Assembly (NCBI GenBank): GCA_025363815.1
Contig: JANYLB010000012.1
Span: forward strand, 14,085-78,084
DNA length: 64,000 nucleotides
Source of the DNA: Actinomycetes bacterium
GTDB taxonomy: Bacteria; Actinomycetota; Acidimicrobiia; IMCC26256; JANYLB01
Direction: 5' to 3'
Position numbers and translations under genes: made by a program. The notes under the pieces are model-generated. The model was not told the DNA's origin and searched no databases. It saw nothing but the letters and a program-made list of their open reading frames with translations. The stretch's first letter is position 1, and every line of letters begins with the position of its first letter. Positions 29,592 through 38,972 of this stretch are shown here, in pieces.

Positions 29592-31760
29592 ATGTCCGAA
29601 CGCAACCTGCCGGTCGACGTCTCCGGACGGGCGCTCGCGCTACGCGACGTCGATCTCGATGTCTTCCTGCACCCGAAGACCATCGCGGTCATCGGGGCCT
29701 CCGAGCAGTCGCGTAAGCCGAACACCGCGATGACCGCCAAGTTCGAGGCTTGGGCCAGAGTGCACGGCGCGACGTTCTACCCGGTGCACCCCGAGTACGA
29801 GACCGTGCTCGGGCACCCGGTCTACCGCTCCGTCTTCGACATCCCCGGTGAGCTCGACCTCGCGATCGTTCTCACCGGACGCGCGGTCGAAACCTTCGAG
29901 CAGGTGCTGGCACGCAAAGCCAAGTTCGCGGTGATCTTCGCGGCCGGGTTCTCCGAGACGGGCAAAGAGGGCGAGAAGCTCGAGCAGCGTCTCACCGATC
30001 TCGTCGAGGCGGGCGACGTCCGGCTTCTCGGGCCGAACACCAACCTCAACGCGTTCGAGACCTTCCGCGACGACCTCGAGGGCCCGTCGATCGCGCTCAT
30101 CACCCAGTCCGGCCACCAGGGCCGTCCGGTGTTCCAGGGTCAAGAGCTCGGGATGCGGATCACCCACTGGGCGCCCACCGGCAACGAGGTCGACCTCGAG
30201 TTCGCCGACTTTTGCCGGTACTTCGCCGACCAGCCCGAGGTCGGGGTGATCGCCTGCTACATCGAGGGGTTCAAGGACGGCCGCTCTTTGATGCTGGCAG
30301 CAGATCATGCCGCGAAGCTCCAGAAGCCGATCGTGATGGTGAAGGTCGGTCGCACCGACGAAGGTCGATCGATGGCGCAGAGCCACACCGGCCACCTGAC
30401 CGGCTCCGACGCGATCACCGACGCGGTCTTCACCGAGTTCGGCGTCACCCGCGTCGACGGCCTCGATGAGCTGCTCGAGGTATCGGCCGCGCTCGCCCGC
30501 ACCCGTCCAGTCGATGGACCGCCGAAGTGGTCCAAGGCCGGCCCCGGGGTGTGCGTCTACGCCATCTCCGGTGGTACCGGCGCGCACATGGCCGACATGG
30601 TCGCGGCCGCGGGCCTCCGACTCCCCCACCTCACGAAGCCGACACAACTGGCGTTGCACGACGGCCTGATCCCTCCATACCTGCGAGTCAGCAACCCTGT
30701 CGACTCCGGCGGACCGCCGGTTGCCGACCGGCGCGGCCGTCAGATCATCGACGCGATCCTCGCCGACAAGAACGTCGACATCCTCGTGGTGCCCATCACC
30801 GGCGCTGTCGTCACGTTCAGCGACCCGTTCACCCGTGACCTGATCGCCGCGGCAGAGACGACCGACAAGCCGATCTTCGTCATCTGGGGATCGCCGCCCG
30901 GCACCGACGACACCTACTACCGACGCCTCCTCGACGGTGGGTTGCCGACCTTTCGCACCTTCGGGAACTGCGTCGCCGCGATCCGCGCCTACGCCGACTA
31001 CTGGACGTTCGCCCGACGGTACCGGTCACCATTCCGCGACGCGCCGCTCGAGCAGTCGGCGTCAGCAGGAAAGGCTCGCAAGATCCTCGCAGAGGCCGCG
31101 CCCGGCGAGGCGTTGTCTGAGCACAAATCGAAGCAGCTGCTCAAGTCCTACGGGATCAAGTCGAGTCGCGACGTGTTGTGCATCTCCGCCGCGGCCGCGG
31201 CCAAAGCCGCCGCCTCGCTCAGCTACCCGGTCGTCATGAAGATCTCGTCGCCCGACCTGACCCACAAGAGCGAGCTCGGGCTCGTGAAGGTCGGCATCGG
31301 CTCGGCCCGCGACGTGCGCACCGCGTACGACGACTTGATCCGCAAGGCCAAACGGGTGGGCGGAAAGGCGGCGCGTCTAGAAGGGGTGCTCGTTTGCGAG
31401 CAAGTCGGCGGCGGCGTCGAGGTCGTCGTGGGTGTATCGCACGACGACCTGTTCGGCCCGGTCGTTATGGCCGGCCTCGGTGGAGTGTTCGTCGAGGTCC
31501 TCAAAGACGTCACATTCCGTGTTCCTCCGTTCCCCCGAGCCGAGGCCGGGCGGATGCTGCGCGAGCTCAAAGGGTTCCCGATGCTCGAGGGCGTCCGGGG
31601 CGCCGCCCCCGCCGATCTCGAAGCCCTGCTCGACGTCCTCATGAATGTGCAACGACTCGCGCTCGATCTCAGCGGTGAGATCACCGAGCTCGACATCAAT
31701 CCGATCGTCGTGAAACCTCGCGGCGCCGTAGCCCTCGACGCATTGGTGGTTCGCGCATGA
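29592..31760 (+). CDS. ADP-forming acyl-CoA ligase (acetate-CoA ligase family, fused CoA-binding + ATP-grasp)
   Basis: AVIGAS, AAGFSETG, LGPNT, TQSGH, SHTGHL (phospho-His), NPVD, YPVVMK, HKSELG, ELDINP. Confidence 0.92.
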   Translation: MSERNLPVDVSGRALALRDVDLDVFLHPKTIAVIGASEQSRKPNTAMTAKFEAWARVHGATFYPVHPEYETVLGHPVYRSVFDIPGELDLAIVLTGRAVETFEQVLARKAKFAVIFAAGFSETGKEGEKLEQRLTDLVEAGDVRLLGPNTNLNAFETFRDDLEGPSIALITQSGHQGRPVFQGQELGMRITHWAPTGNEVDLEFADFCRYFADQPEVGVIACYIEGFKDGRSLMLAADHAAKLQKPIVMVKVGRTDEGRSMAQSHTGHLTGSDAITDAVFTEFGVTRVDGLDELLEVSAALARTRPVDGPPKWSKAGPGVCVYAISGGTGAHMADMVAAAGLRLPHLTKPTQLALHDGLIPPYLRVSNPVDSGGPPVADRRGRQIIDAILADKNVDILVVPITGAVVTFSDPFTRDLIAAAETTDKPIFVIWGSPPGTDDTYYRRLLDGGLPTFRTFGNCVAAIRAYADYWTFARRYRSPFRDAPLEQSASAGKARKILAEAAPGEALSEHKSKQLLKSYGIKSSRDVLCISAAAAAKAAASLSYPVVMKISSPDLTHKSELGLVKVGIGSARDVRTAYDDLIRKAKRVGGKAARLEGVLVCEQVGGGVEVVVGVSHDDLFGPVVMAGLGGVFVEVLKDVTFRVPPFPRAEAGRMLRELKGFPMLEGVRGAAPADLEALLDVLMNVQRLALDLSGEITELDINPIVVKPRGAVALDALVVRA

Positions 31761-32605
31761 GCGCCGACAGTTCTCCCGATTTCGACAAGTTGGCCGACGA
31801 AGAGCTCATCGCCGAGCACTCCGGCGGGGTGCTGCGCCTCACCATCAATCGGGTCGAGAAGGGCAACGCGATCCCGTGGTATGTGCGCGAGCGGCTGATC
31901 CAGCACTTCCTCGACGCGCACGTGGATCTCGCGGTGCGTTGTGTCGTGCTCAGCGCCACGGGCGAACGCCACTTCTGCACCGGCGCCGACCTGAGCGTTC
32001 CGAACCCGATGGTCAAGACGCCCGACGGCGCGCCCGACCGCCCTGTCGGCGTAGCCACCAACATGATGCGCCGCGGCTTCGAACGTCTGATGGAGACGAT
32101 CCTCGACTGCCAGAAGCCGGTGATCGTCGCCCTGAACGGCACCGCCGCCGGCGGCGGCTCACTGCTCGCCCTCGCCGCCGATCTCGTCATCGCGGCCGAC
32201 ACCGCCCGCATCATCCAGGTGTTCGTGCGCCGAGGTCTCGTTCCCGATGGCGGAGTGGCCTACCTGCTTCCCCGGCTTGTCGGAATGCACAAGGCCAAGG
32301 AGCTCCTGTTCTTCGGTGACGACCTCTCGGCCGTAGACGCGGAACGCCTCGGCATCGTGAACAAGGTCGTTCCGGCCGCCGAGCTGCGGGCCGCAACCGA
32401 CGAATGGGCGACGCGCCTCGCCGACGGGCCGACGAAGGCGATCGGTTGGTCGAAGCACCTTCTCAATCTCGCGTTCGAGGTACCCCGCTCGCAGCACCTG
32501 GAGACCGAGGCGACCCTCGTGGAGATGAACACCCACACCGAAGACTCGAAGGAGGGTGTCGCTTCGTTCATGGAGCGGCGCCAGCCGACCTGGCAGGGCT
32601 GGTAG
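31757..32605 (+). CDS. Enoyl-CoA hydratase/isomerase
   Basis: FCTGADL, NGTAAGGG, FVRRGLVPDGG, EGVASFMERRQP; ATGA overlap. Confidence 0.9.
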   Translation: MSADSSPDFDKLADEELIAEHSGGVLRLTINRVEKGNAIPWYVRERLIQHFLDAHVDLAVRCVVLSATGERHFCTGADLSVPNPMVKTPDGAPDRPVGVATNMMRRGFERLMETILDCQKPVIVALNGTAAGGGSLLALAADLVIAADTARIIQVFVRRGLVPDGGVAYLLPRLVGMHKAKELLFFGDDLSAVDAERLGIVNKVVPAAELRAATDEWATRLADGPTKAIGWSKHLLNLAFEVPRSQHLETEATLVEMNTHTEDSKEGVASFMERRQPTWQGW

Positions 32606-32608
32606 TCG

Positions 32609-33787
32609 GTGGCGAGTCCCCAAGCGGCCAAGTCCATCCGCGGCAGCACCGCGATCGTCGGGATCGGCCAGACCGCGTTCGGCAAGGGGCTTGTCGACAC
32701 CGAGCTATCGCTCGCGTGCCAGGCCGTGTCGCTCGCGCTCGATGACGCGGGCATCGCGCCGGCAGAGATCGACGGGCTCGCTTCGTTCACCCTCGAGCAC
32801 GATCGCGAGGTCGATCTCGCCCGCAACGTAGGGCTCGGCGACATCACCTGGTTCTCGCAGGTCGGCTACGGCGGTGGCGCCGCGTGTGGTGTCGTCGGTC
32901 AGGCCGCGATGGCTGTCGCCACCGGGCAGGCGAACGTCGTCGTGGCCTGGCGGGCCCGCAAGCGCGCCGACCCGGCGAGCCGACCATGGGCCCAGGTCGG
33001 CGGGCGGCTCGCCGGCAACCACCAGTGGACGCGGCCGTTCGGTTTGCTCAGACCAGTCGACGAGATCGCGATGCTCACCCGGCGGTACATGCACGAGTTC
33101 GGCGCGACCCGCGACCACCTCGCCAACGTGGCGTTGGCGTTTCGCAAACACGCCAACGCCAACCCGAACGCGGCCATGCACGACAAGATTCTCACGCGCG
33201 ACCAGTACCTCGCAGCGCGGTGGATCTCCGAACCGCTATGCCTGTTCGACAACTGCCTCGAGACCGACGGCGCGCTCGCGGTGGTCATCACCTCGGCCGA
33301 ACGGGCCAGGGATCTCGCGACGACTCCCGCCTACATCCACGCGTTCGCGCAAGGAATTCCCCCTCAGCACCAGACCATGACGAACTACTTCAATGAAGAC
33401 CCCTTGCGCGGACCGGCCTGGGCGTGTGCCTCGCGCCTCTGGAGAAACGCCGAGGTGACCCCTGCAGACGTGAAGGTCGCACAGCTCTACGACGCGTTCA
33501 GCCCGCTCATCCCGCTCTCACTCGAGGGCTACGGGTTCTGCGAACGCGGTGAGGGCGGGCCCTTCACCGACAACGGGAACCTCGAGTGGCCCGACGGAGG
33601 CTTGCCGACGAACACCGCGGGTGGCGGCATGAGTGAGGCGTATGTGCACGGGTTCAACCTGGTGATCGAAGGCGTGCGGCAGATCCGCGGCACGTCGACG
33701 AGCCAGGTCGATGGCGCCGACGTCTCCCTTGTGACCAGCGGCGAAGGCGTACCGACGAGCGCGCTGCTGCTCACTGTGGACGCCTGA
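32609..33787 (+). CDS. Thiolase-fold Ltp2-like aldolase (lipid-transfer protein family)
   Basis: IVGIGQT, YGGGAACG, DNCLETDGA, LYDAF, GGMSEAYVHG. Confidence 0.88.
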   Translation: MASPQAAKSIRGSTAIVGIGQTAFGKGLVDTELSLACQAVSLALDDAGIAPAEIDGLASFTLEHDREVDLARNVGLGDITWFSQVGYGGGAACGVVGQAAMAVATGQANVVVAWRARKRADPASRPWAQVGGRLAGNHQWTRPFGLLRPVDEIAMLTRRYMHEFGATRDHLANVALAFRKHANANPNAAMHDKILTRDQYLAARWISEPLCLFDNCLETDGALAVVITSAERARDLATTPAYIHAFAQGIPPQHQTMTNYFNEDPLRGPAWACASRLWRNAEVTPADVKVAQLYDAFSPLIPLSLEGYGFCERGEGGPFTDNGNLEWPDGGLPTNTAGGGMSEAYVHGFNLVIEGVRQIRGTSTSQVDGADVSLVTSGEGVPTSALLLTVDA

Positions 33788-34224
33788 TGGCCGACGACTT
33801 TCTCCTCCCCGATATCGAGGACCCCACATCGGCTCCGTTCTGGGCCGGCACGGGCCGGGGCGAGTTGACGGTGCAGGCGTGCGGCAGCTGCGGCCGGTGG
33901 CGCATGCCGCCCCGGCCGATGTGCCCGCACTGCCGCTCACTCGAGGTGGAGTGGGTTCCTACCTCGGGGCGCGCGACTGTTTGGTCGTTCGTGATCGCTC
34001 ACCCACCCCTACTCCCCGCCTACGCGGAGTTCGCGCCCTACAACGTGATCACAGTCATGCTCGACGACGACCCGCGGATCCGCTTCGTCGGCAACCTGGT
34101 GTCCGGCCCCGACGGTTCGATCGGCGAGATCGACGCGACAACCATCGTGATCGGAGAACCCGTCGAGGTCGTCTTCACCCGGATCGACGACGTCACCCTC
34201 CCGAGATGGGTGCGCCGTTCCTGA
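33787..34224 (+). CDS. DUF35 Zn-ribbon/OB-fold protein
   Basis: PFWAG, CGSC...CPHC zinc ribbon, SGRATVWSF; TGATG coupling. Confidence 0.9.
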   Translation: MADDFLLPDIEDPTSAPFWAGTGRGELTVQACGSCGRWRMPPRPMCPHCRSLEVEWVPTSGRATVWSFVIAHPPLLPAYAEFAPYNVITVMLDDDPRIRFVGNLVSGPDGSIGEIDATTIVIGEPVEVVFTRIDDVTLPRWVRRS

Positions 34225-34231
34225 TTGCTCG

Positions 34232-34287
34232 CGAAGCGGCGCCGGCCTCACCGGAGGGGGGATTCCGGGAGAACGGCGCCGACTTCG
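34232..34287. terminator. Long GC-rich hairpin between convergent genes; probable terminator
   Basis: CGAAG-CGGCGCCG...CCGGA-loop-TCCGG...CGGCGCCG-A-CTTCG pairing; no U-tract. Confidence 0.5.
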
Positions 34288-34305
34288 TGGCTCTCGGGGG
34301 GATCT

Positions 34306-34446
34306 TCAGGCGGCCTTGCGCACGACGTTGCGCTTCACGCCGCCGCGGAGAACATCCAGAGTGCGCTCCCACCGGAGCTGTCGGGCGATCCACAGGACGG
34401 CCTCGCGGTCGCTCACTTGGTGCTGAGCCTGCATCGCTGCGTTCAT
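34306..34446 (-). CDS. 46-aa orphan small protein (MNAAMQAQHQVSDREAVLWIARQLRWERTLDVLRGGVKRNVVRKAA)
   Basis: Strong SD GGAGGT 4 nt before ATG 34446; dedicated MerR-type promoter upstream; hairpin downstream. Confidence 0.72.
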   Translation of the reverse strand: MNAAMQAQHQVSDREAVLWIARQLRWERTLDVLRGGVKRNVVRKAA

Positions 34447-34507
34447 CGTTACCTCCCTGGAGCTTCTCGGCCCGACTGATCTGTCGGCCTCTATACTTGG
34501 TGCCGCA

Positions 34508-34545
34508 ACACTGAGAGTAAACACTCTCAGTGTATCTGATGTCAA
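34508..34545 (-). promoter_or_regulatory. MerR-type promoter TTGACA-N20-TACTCT with perfect 11-bp dyad ACACTGAGAGT-AAAC-ACTCTCAGTGT
   Basis: -35 at 34545-34540, -10 at 34519-34514, dyad at 34508-34533; adjacent divergent MerR gene. Confidence 0.8.
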
Positions 34546-34549
34546 CTTA

Positions 34550-34565
34550 TGTGACGACAGTCACA
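34550..34565. promoter_or_regulatory. CRP/GlxR consensus site TGTGA-CGACAG-TCACA
   Basis: Exact TGTGA-N6-TCACA. Confidence 0.7.
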
Positions 34566-34586
34566 AGCTCCTGACTGGGGGATCCG

Positions 34587-35309
34587 GTGACCGAAGAGCC
34601 GGCGTTGGACCTTCGAATCGACGACCTGGCCCGCGACAGCGGCCTGACTGTCGACACGATCCGCTTCTACCAACGTGAAGGCCTCCTCCCCGCCGCCCTG
34701 CGGGTCGGCCGGACGAAGGTCTACGGCCCCGCTCACCGGGAGCGGCTCGAGCAGATCCGCGACCTCCGCCAGCGACGCTTTTCGCTCGCGGCGATCAAGG
34801 CGCTGCTCGATTCGGAGCGGCCGGGCATCGTCGAGGGAATCTTCGGCGGCAGCACTGCCGACTACTCGCTCGAACAGCTCGTCACCCGCTCAGGCGTCGA
34901 TCCGGGGCTCGCCTACCGACTTCGAGATTCCGGCCTGTTGCGCGATCCCGCCGAGTTCGGGCGCGACGCGTACGACGCGGCCGACCTCGACCTCCTACGG
35001 GCCGTGGCCGAGCTTGCCCGCCTCGGTCTCCCCGGCGACGTGATCGTCGAGCTCACGAACATCTATACCGAAGGCGTCGAACGCATGCAGTCGCAGGTGC
35101 TCGACCTGTTCACGGGCAAGCGGGGACCGGGCTGGAAAGACGCAGACGAGCTGCGAGAGTTCCAGACCAACGCCGCCGCGTCAGCAGGAGAGCTCCTCCC
35201 GACCGTGACCCGGATGGTCGGTTACGTGCACCAACGGACTCTTCAACGACTCACGTTGGGTGCGATCAGGAATGCCGATCCGTCTCCCGGGCGCGACGAG
35301 CTCATCTAG
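34587..35309 (+). CDS. MerR family transcriptional regulator (second degenerate HTH-like segment)
   Basis: IDDLARDSGLTVDTIRFYQREGLL...YGPAHRERLEQIRDL; second segment SLEQLVTRSGVD...LRDSGLL; no Cys. Confidence 0.9.
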   Translation: MTEEPALDLRIDDLARDSGLTVDTIRFYQREGLLPAALRVGRTKVYGPAHRERLEQIRDLRQRRFSLAAIKALLDSERPGIVEGIFGGSTADYSLEQLVTRSGVDPGLAYRLRDSGLLRDPAEFGRDAYDAADLDLLRAVAELARLGLPGDVIVELTNIYTEGVERMQSQVLDLFTGKRGPGWKDADELREFQTNAAASAGELLPTVTRMVGYVHQRTLQRLTLGAIRNADPSPGRDELI

Positions 35310-35330
35310 GAGCTCGTTGCCGCGATCGGG

Positions 35331-36494
35331 TCAGTCGTCGAGGTCCCAGATCCGACGGGCGTTGCCGCCGGTGATCTTCGCCCGCTCGCCTTCGGGCAGC
35401 TGACGCATCGTGTCCTCGATGGTCTTGCGCGAGTAAGGCCAATCATTGCCGTGGTGGGGATAGTCGCTCGACCACATCATGTTGTCGACGCCGATCTCGT
35501 GACGGAGCGTGATCCCGGCGCGATCGGTGATGAACGTCGCCGCGTTGTTGCGATACCAGTAGGTCGACGGCGGCTCGCTGATCGGGAGCTGACCCCAGGC
35601 GCGGTTGCGCCAGTACCGGTCGTCGAGCGCCTCGAGCAGGTGCGGCAACCAGCCCACGCCAGTCTCGATCCAGCACACCTGCAGCTGTGGAAACCGCTCG
35701 TAGACACCTTGGAAGAGCATCGCGGTGATGTTCCCTGCCGCCATCGAGAACACGTGGCTCATGCCACCGATCGCCTTGGCCCTGGCCGCCTCGGTATCCA
35801 TCTGGTAGAGCTGGTTACCCGACTTCGCGGCGGCCTTGCGGCCCGACGCTCGCTGGGCGCGACTGATGATGTTGATGTGCACCGACACCGGCATTCCCTC
35901 GTCGCACGCCGCGGCCCAGAACGGGTCGTCTTCGGGTGAGAGGCTCGTTTTTCCCGACGGCCAGTTCGAGATCACGACTCCCTTGGCGCCGCGGGCCTTC
36001 GCCTTGCGGAGCGCGTCGATCGAGGTGTCAATGCCGAGGGATGGGATCTGCGGGAGACCGATGAGGCGCTTGCGGTCCGGCGCGCAGAACTCCTCGAGGA
36101 GGAAGTTGTTGTACGCCTCGACGCCTGCGAGCACAAAATTGTCGTCGTCGTCGCCCAAGAAATGGCTCATCGTTCGTTGGGGTGCGAACAGCACCTCGGC
36201 CCAAACGCCGTCGGTGTCCATGTCCTTCAGCCGCTCGGTGCCGTTGTAGCAGCCGGCGCGGGCCTCTTCGTAGGTGACCCCGAACCAGCGAAATTTGTCC
36301 CACGCCATGCCCGGCGTGGCGACGAGGCCAATTGGGTCCGGGTCACCGCCGACCGCGGTTTGCCAGGCGTCGCCACCCTCGTGGTCCTTCACCAGCTTCG
36401 GCGCCTTGTCCCGGTATTTCTCGGGCAACCAGTTGGTCCAGATGTCGGGCGGCTCGAGGATGTGGCAGTCGGCGTCGACGATTCGGTCGGGCAT
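35331..36494 (-). CDS. Amidohydrolase family protein (Amidohydro_2)
   Basis: DADCHILEP, AYNNF, DPFWAA, SVHI, IETGVGW, MWSSDYPH, GGNARRIW. Confidence 0.92.
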   Translation of the reverse strand: MPDRIVDADCHILEPPDIWTNWLPEKYRDKAPKLVKDHEGGDAWQTAVGGDPDPIGLVATPGMAWDKFRWFGVTYEEARAGCYNGTERLKDMDTDGVWAEVLFAPQRTMSHFLGDDDDNFVLAGVEAYNNFLLEEFCAPDRKRLIGLPQIPSLGIDTSIDALRKAKARGAKGVVISNWPSGKTSLSPEDDPFWAAACDEGMPVSVHINIISRAQRASGRKAAAKSGNQLYQMDTEAARAKAIGGMSHVFSMAAGNITAMLFQGVYERFPQLQVCWIETGVGWLPHLLEALDDRYWRNRAWGQLPISEPPSTYWYRNNAATFITDRAGITLRHEIGVDNMMWSSDYPHHGNDWPYSRKTIEDTMRQLPEGERAKITGGNARRIWDLDD

Positions 36495-36521
36495 GGCTCG
36501 TCCTCCGGGAGTGCGGGTCGG

Positions 36522-36567
36522 CGTCCAACAGTTGGGACGTCCAACAGTAGGCTGACACGAGCGTCAG
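36522..36567. promoter_or_regulatory. Direct repeat CGTCCAACAGT x2 plus palindrome CTGAC-ACGAGC-GTCAG
   Basis: Repeats at 36522-36532 and 36538-36548; dyad 36552-36567; divergent intergenic region. Confidence 0.5.
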
Positions 36568-36609
36568 GAAAAGTGCCCCCGACAACTAAGCATCTGGAGA
36601 AGAGACGAC

Positions 36610-38901
36610 GTGGCGACGCCTCTGTTGCAGGGCCTGGCGGTGGTGGACCTCGCGAGTGAGCCCGCTGTCATGACCGGACGCATCCTCGCGGATCTCGGCG
36701 CCGACGTGGTGCGCCCCGAGCTCGAGTCGGGCGATCCGGGCCGCGCGGACGCACCTCGGTTCGCGGCGTGGAACGCCGGAAAGCGTTCTGTGGTGGTGAG
36801 CGGGTCCGACGATCCGGCGTTACTGGCTCTGGTTGGCGAGGCCCAGGTGGTCATCGACACCCCAGGGTGTCCCGGGGTGCTCGACGTCGACCCGAGCGCC
36901 GGCCCGGGTGCAGTTTGGGTCCGGGTCACCCCCTTCGGACTCGACGGTCCTCGTTCGGGTTGGCGGGCAACCGATCTCGGAGTGATGGCCGCGAGCGGCA
37001 ACCTCTTCTGCACCGGCGATCCGGACCGCCAGCCCGTGCGCTGCGCCGAACCCGCGTCGTACGCACACACCGGACCAGAAGCGGCCTTCGCCGCGCTCAC
37101 TGCGCTCGCGAGCGGTCGACCCCAGATCGTCGACGTCTCCATGCAAGAGGTCGTGTTCGTCGCGAACATGACGACACCGGCGCGCTTCCCACAGACGGGG
37201 TTCCGTGGCGCGCGCAGGGGGGCGAACATCGGTCGCACGCGCGAGATCTGGCCGACGCTCGACGGGTTCGTGAGCTTCGGGCTGCGCGGCGGCAAGGCCC
37301 GCGTCGCGAGCCTCGTACTCCTCACCTCTCTCGTCGACACACCGGCCCTGCGAGCGATGGACTGGTCGGAGTACTCACCCAACACGGCCGACGATGCAAC
37401 GTTGCGGGCCATCGAGGCCGACGTCGCCGAGTACTTCGCACAGCACACGATGCAGGAGCTGTACGACATCGCGTGCGAGACGAACCTGATGCTCGCGCCG
37501 ACCAACTCTCCACGTGAGGTGCACGCGAGCGCGCAGCTCGACGCACGAGGGTTCTTCGGTCCGGTAGGTGACGACGCGCGCTTCCCCCGGTCGTTCGCAG
37601 TTGTCCGGGCCGCCGATGGCAACGTCGCATCCGCCCGCCCCTCCGCGCCCGCACCCGAGCTCGGCTCCACCGCCATCGAAGATGCATTGGGTCGACCGAG
37701 CCCCTCAGCGCACCACTATCGACCAAACGGAGCCGGCGGTGTGGGTGTATCGCCGGCGTGGAACGGTTTGAAGATCTTGGAGTTCGGATCGGGCGCGGCA
37801 GGACCGATCGCGACGCGTTATTTCGCGGAGCACGGGGCGACGGTGCTGCGGGTCGAGAGCACGAGCCGGCCCGACTTCCTGCGGGTGTACGCCCTCGGAC
37901 CGAAGAATCCCCACGGGCTGGAGGGGTCACCGATGTATGACGGTTTGAACGTCGGGAAGGCCGACGTGACGTTCAACCTGAAACACCCCAAAGCCGTCGA
38001 GCTCGTCCGTCGGCTCGCGCTCGACTGGGCCGATGTGGTGGCTGAGAACTTCGCGCCGCGTGCGATGAAGGGATTCGGGCTCGACTACGACACGCTCGTG
38101 ACCCATCGACCCGACCTGGTGATGGTCAGTGCCTGCCTCAACGGCCAGACCGGGCCCCACAAGGACTACCCGGGGTTCGGCGGGCAAGGCTCGGCGCTCT
38201 CGGGGTACAACTGGTTGACCGGCTGGCCCGATCGCGAGCCCGTCGGCCCTCACGGAACCATCACCGACTCGCTCGCTCCTCGCTTCGTCGCCACCGCTGT
38301 CGCAGCCGGGCTCCTTCACCGCCGCCGCACAGGTCGCGGTGTGTACCTCGACGTGAGCCAGGTCGAGGCAGCCCTGTACACGCTGTCGCCGTGGCTGATC
38401 CGATACGCGCGCGACGGTGTGAGCGGTACGCGCATGGGCAACGATCATCCGGGCGCGCTCCTCCACGGCCTCTTCCCATGCGCCGATGAAGGCGACATCG
38501 GCGACCGATGGGTCGCCATTGCCGCGTGGACCGACGACGAGCAGACACGGCTACACGCGATCACCGGACCCGACGTCGCCGCGTGGACCGCCAGTCGAAC
38601 CCGCATCGAAGTTGCCGACGCACTCCAGGCGGTCGGGGTCGAAGCCGTACCCGTCGAGGACTTCGCTGACCTGCACGACGATCCCCAAGTCGCGCACCGC
38701 GAGCACTTCGTCGCGCTCACCCACCCGTTCCTTGGCGATGGACTCTACGAACGAAACGGCTTTCGACTTTCGGACGCCCCGAGTGGGTACTCCCGTAGTG
38801 GTCCGACCCTCGGCCAGGATCAGGATTGGGTGCTCGACGAAGTCCTGGGGCTCTCCCCCTCCGAACGGGCCGAGCTGGCCGACGACGGGGTCTTCGACTG
38901 A
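36610..38901 (+). CDS. Family III CoA-transferase, fused double CaiB/BaiF domains
   Basis: Domain 1 LADLGADVV...NAGKRSV; domain 2 FAEHGATVLRVES...NVGK...ADVVAENFAP...GTITD. Confidence 0.9.
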   Translation: MATPLLQGLAVVDLASEPAVMTGRILADLGADVVRPELESGDPGRADAPRFAAWNAGKRSVVVSGSDDPALLALVGEAQVVIDTPGCPGVLDVDPSAGPGAVWVRVTPFGLDGPRSGWRATDLGVMAASGNLFCTGDPDRQPVRCAEPASYAHTGPEAAFAALTALASGRPQIVDVSMQEVVFVANMTTPARFPQTGFRGARRGANIGRTREIWPTLDGFVSFGLRGGKARVASLVLLTSLVDTPALRAMDWSEYSPNTADDATLRAIEADVAEYFAQHTMQELYDIACETNLMLAPTNSPREVHASAQLDARGFFGPVGDDARFPRSFAVVRAADGNVASARPSAPAPELGSTAIEDALGRPSPSAHHYRPNGAGGVGVSPAWNGLKILEFGSGAAGPIATRYFAEHGATVLRVESTSRPDFLRVYALGPKNPHGLEGSPMYDGLNVGKADVTFNLKHPKAVELVRRLALDWADVVAENFAPRAMKGFGLDYDTLVTHRPDLVMVSACLNGQTGPHKDYPGFGGQGSALSGYNWLTGWPDREPVGPHGTITDSLAPRFVATAVAAGLLHRRRTGRGVYLDVSQVEAALYTLSPWLIRYARDGVSGTRMGNDHPGALLHGLFPCADEGDIGDRWVAIAAWTDDEQTRLHAITGPDVAAWTASRTRIEVADALQAVGVEAVPVEDFADLHDDPQVAHREHFVALTHPFLGDGLYERNGFRLSDAPSGYSRSGPTLGQDQDWVLDEVLGLSPSERAELADDGVFD

Positions 38902-38931
38902 ACGGCTATCGCGCCCAGCGCGGATCCTCGA

Positions 38932-38950
38932 CCTGACGCCCCGTCAGATC
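38932..38950. promoter_or_regulatory. Candidate C/D-ring operator CCTGA-CGCCCCG-TCAGATC
   Basis: Palindrome upstream of -10 TATTCT (38958-38963) of ipdE1; motif recurs at 42213 and 54005. Confidence 0.6.
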
Positions 38951-38972
38951 TCGGGACTATTCTCCCGATCCG

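Noticed and set aside
34508-34533. Perfect inverted repeat as transposon end or terminator
   Set aside because: No transposase, target duplication or U-tract; position within a 20-bp-spacer promoter explains it
34587-35309. Mercury or metal resistance regulator
   Set aside because: No cysteines and no metal transport or reductase genes adjacent
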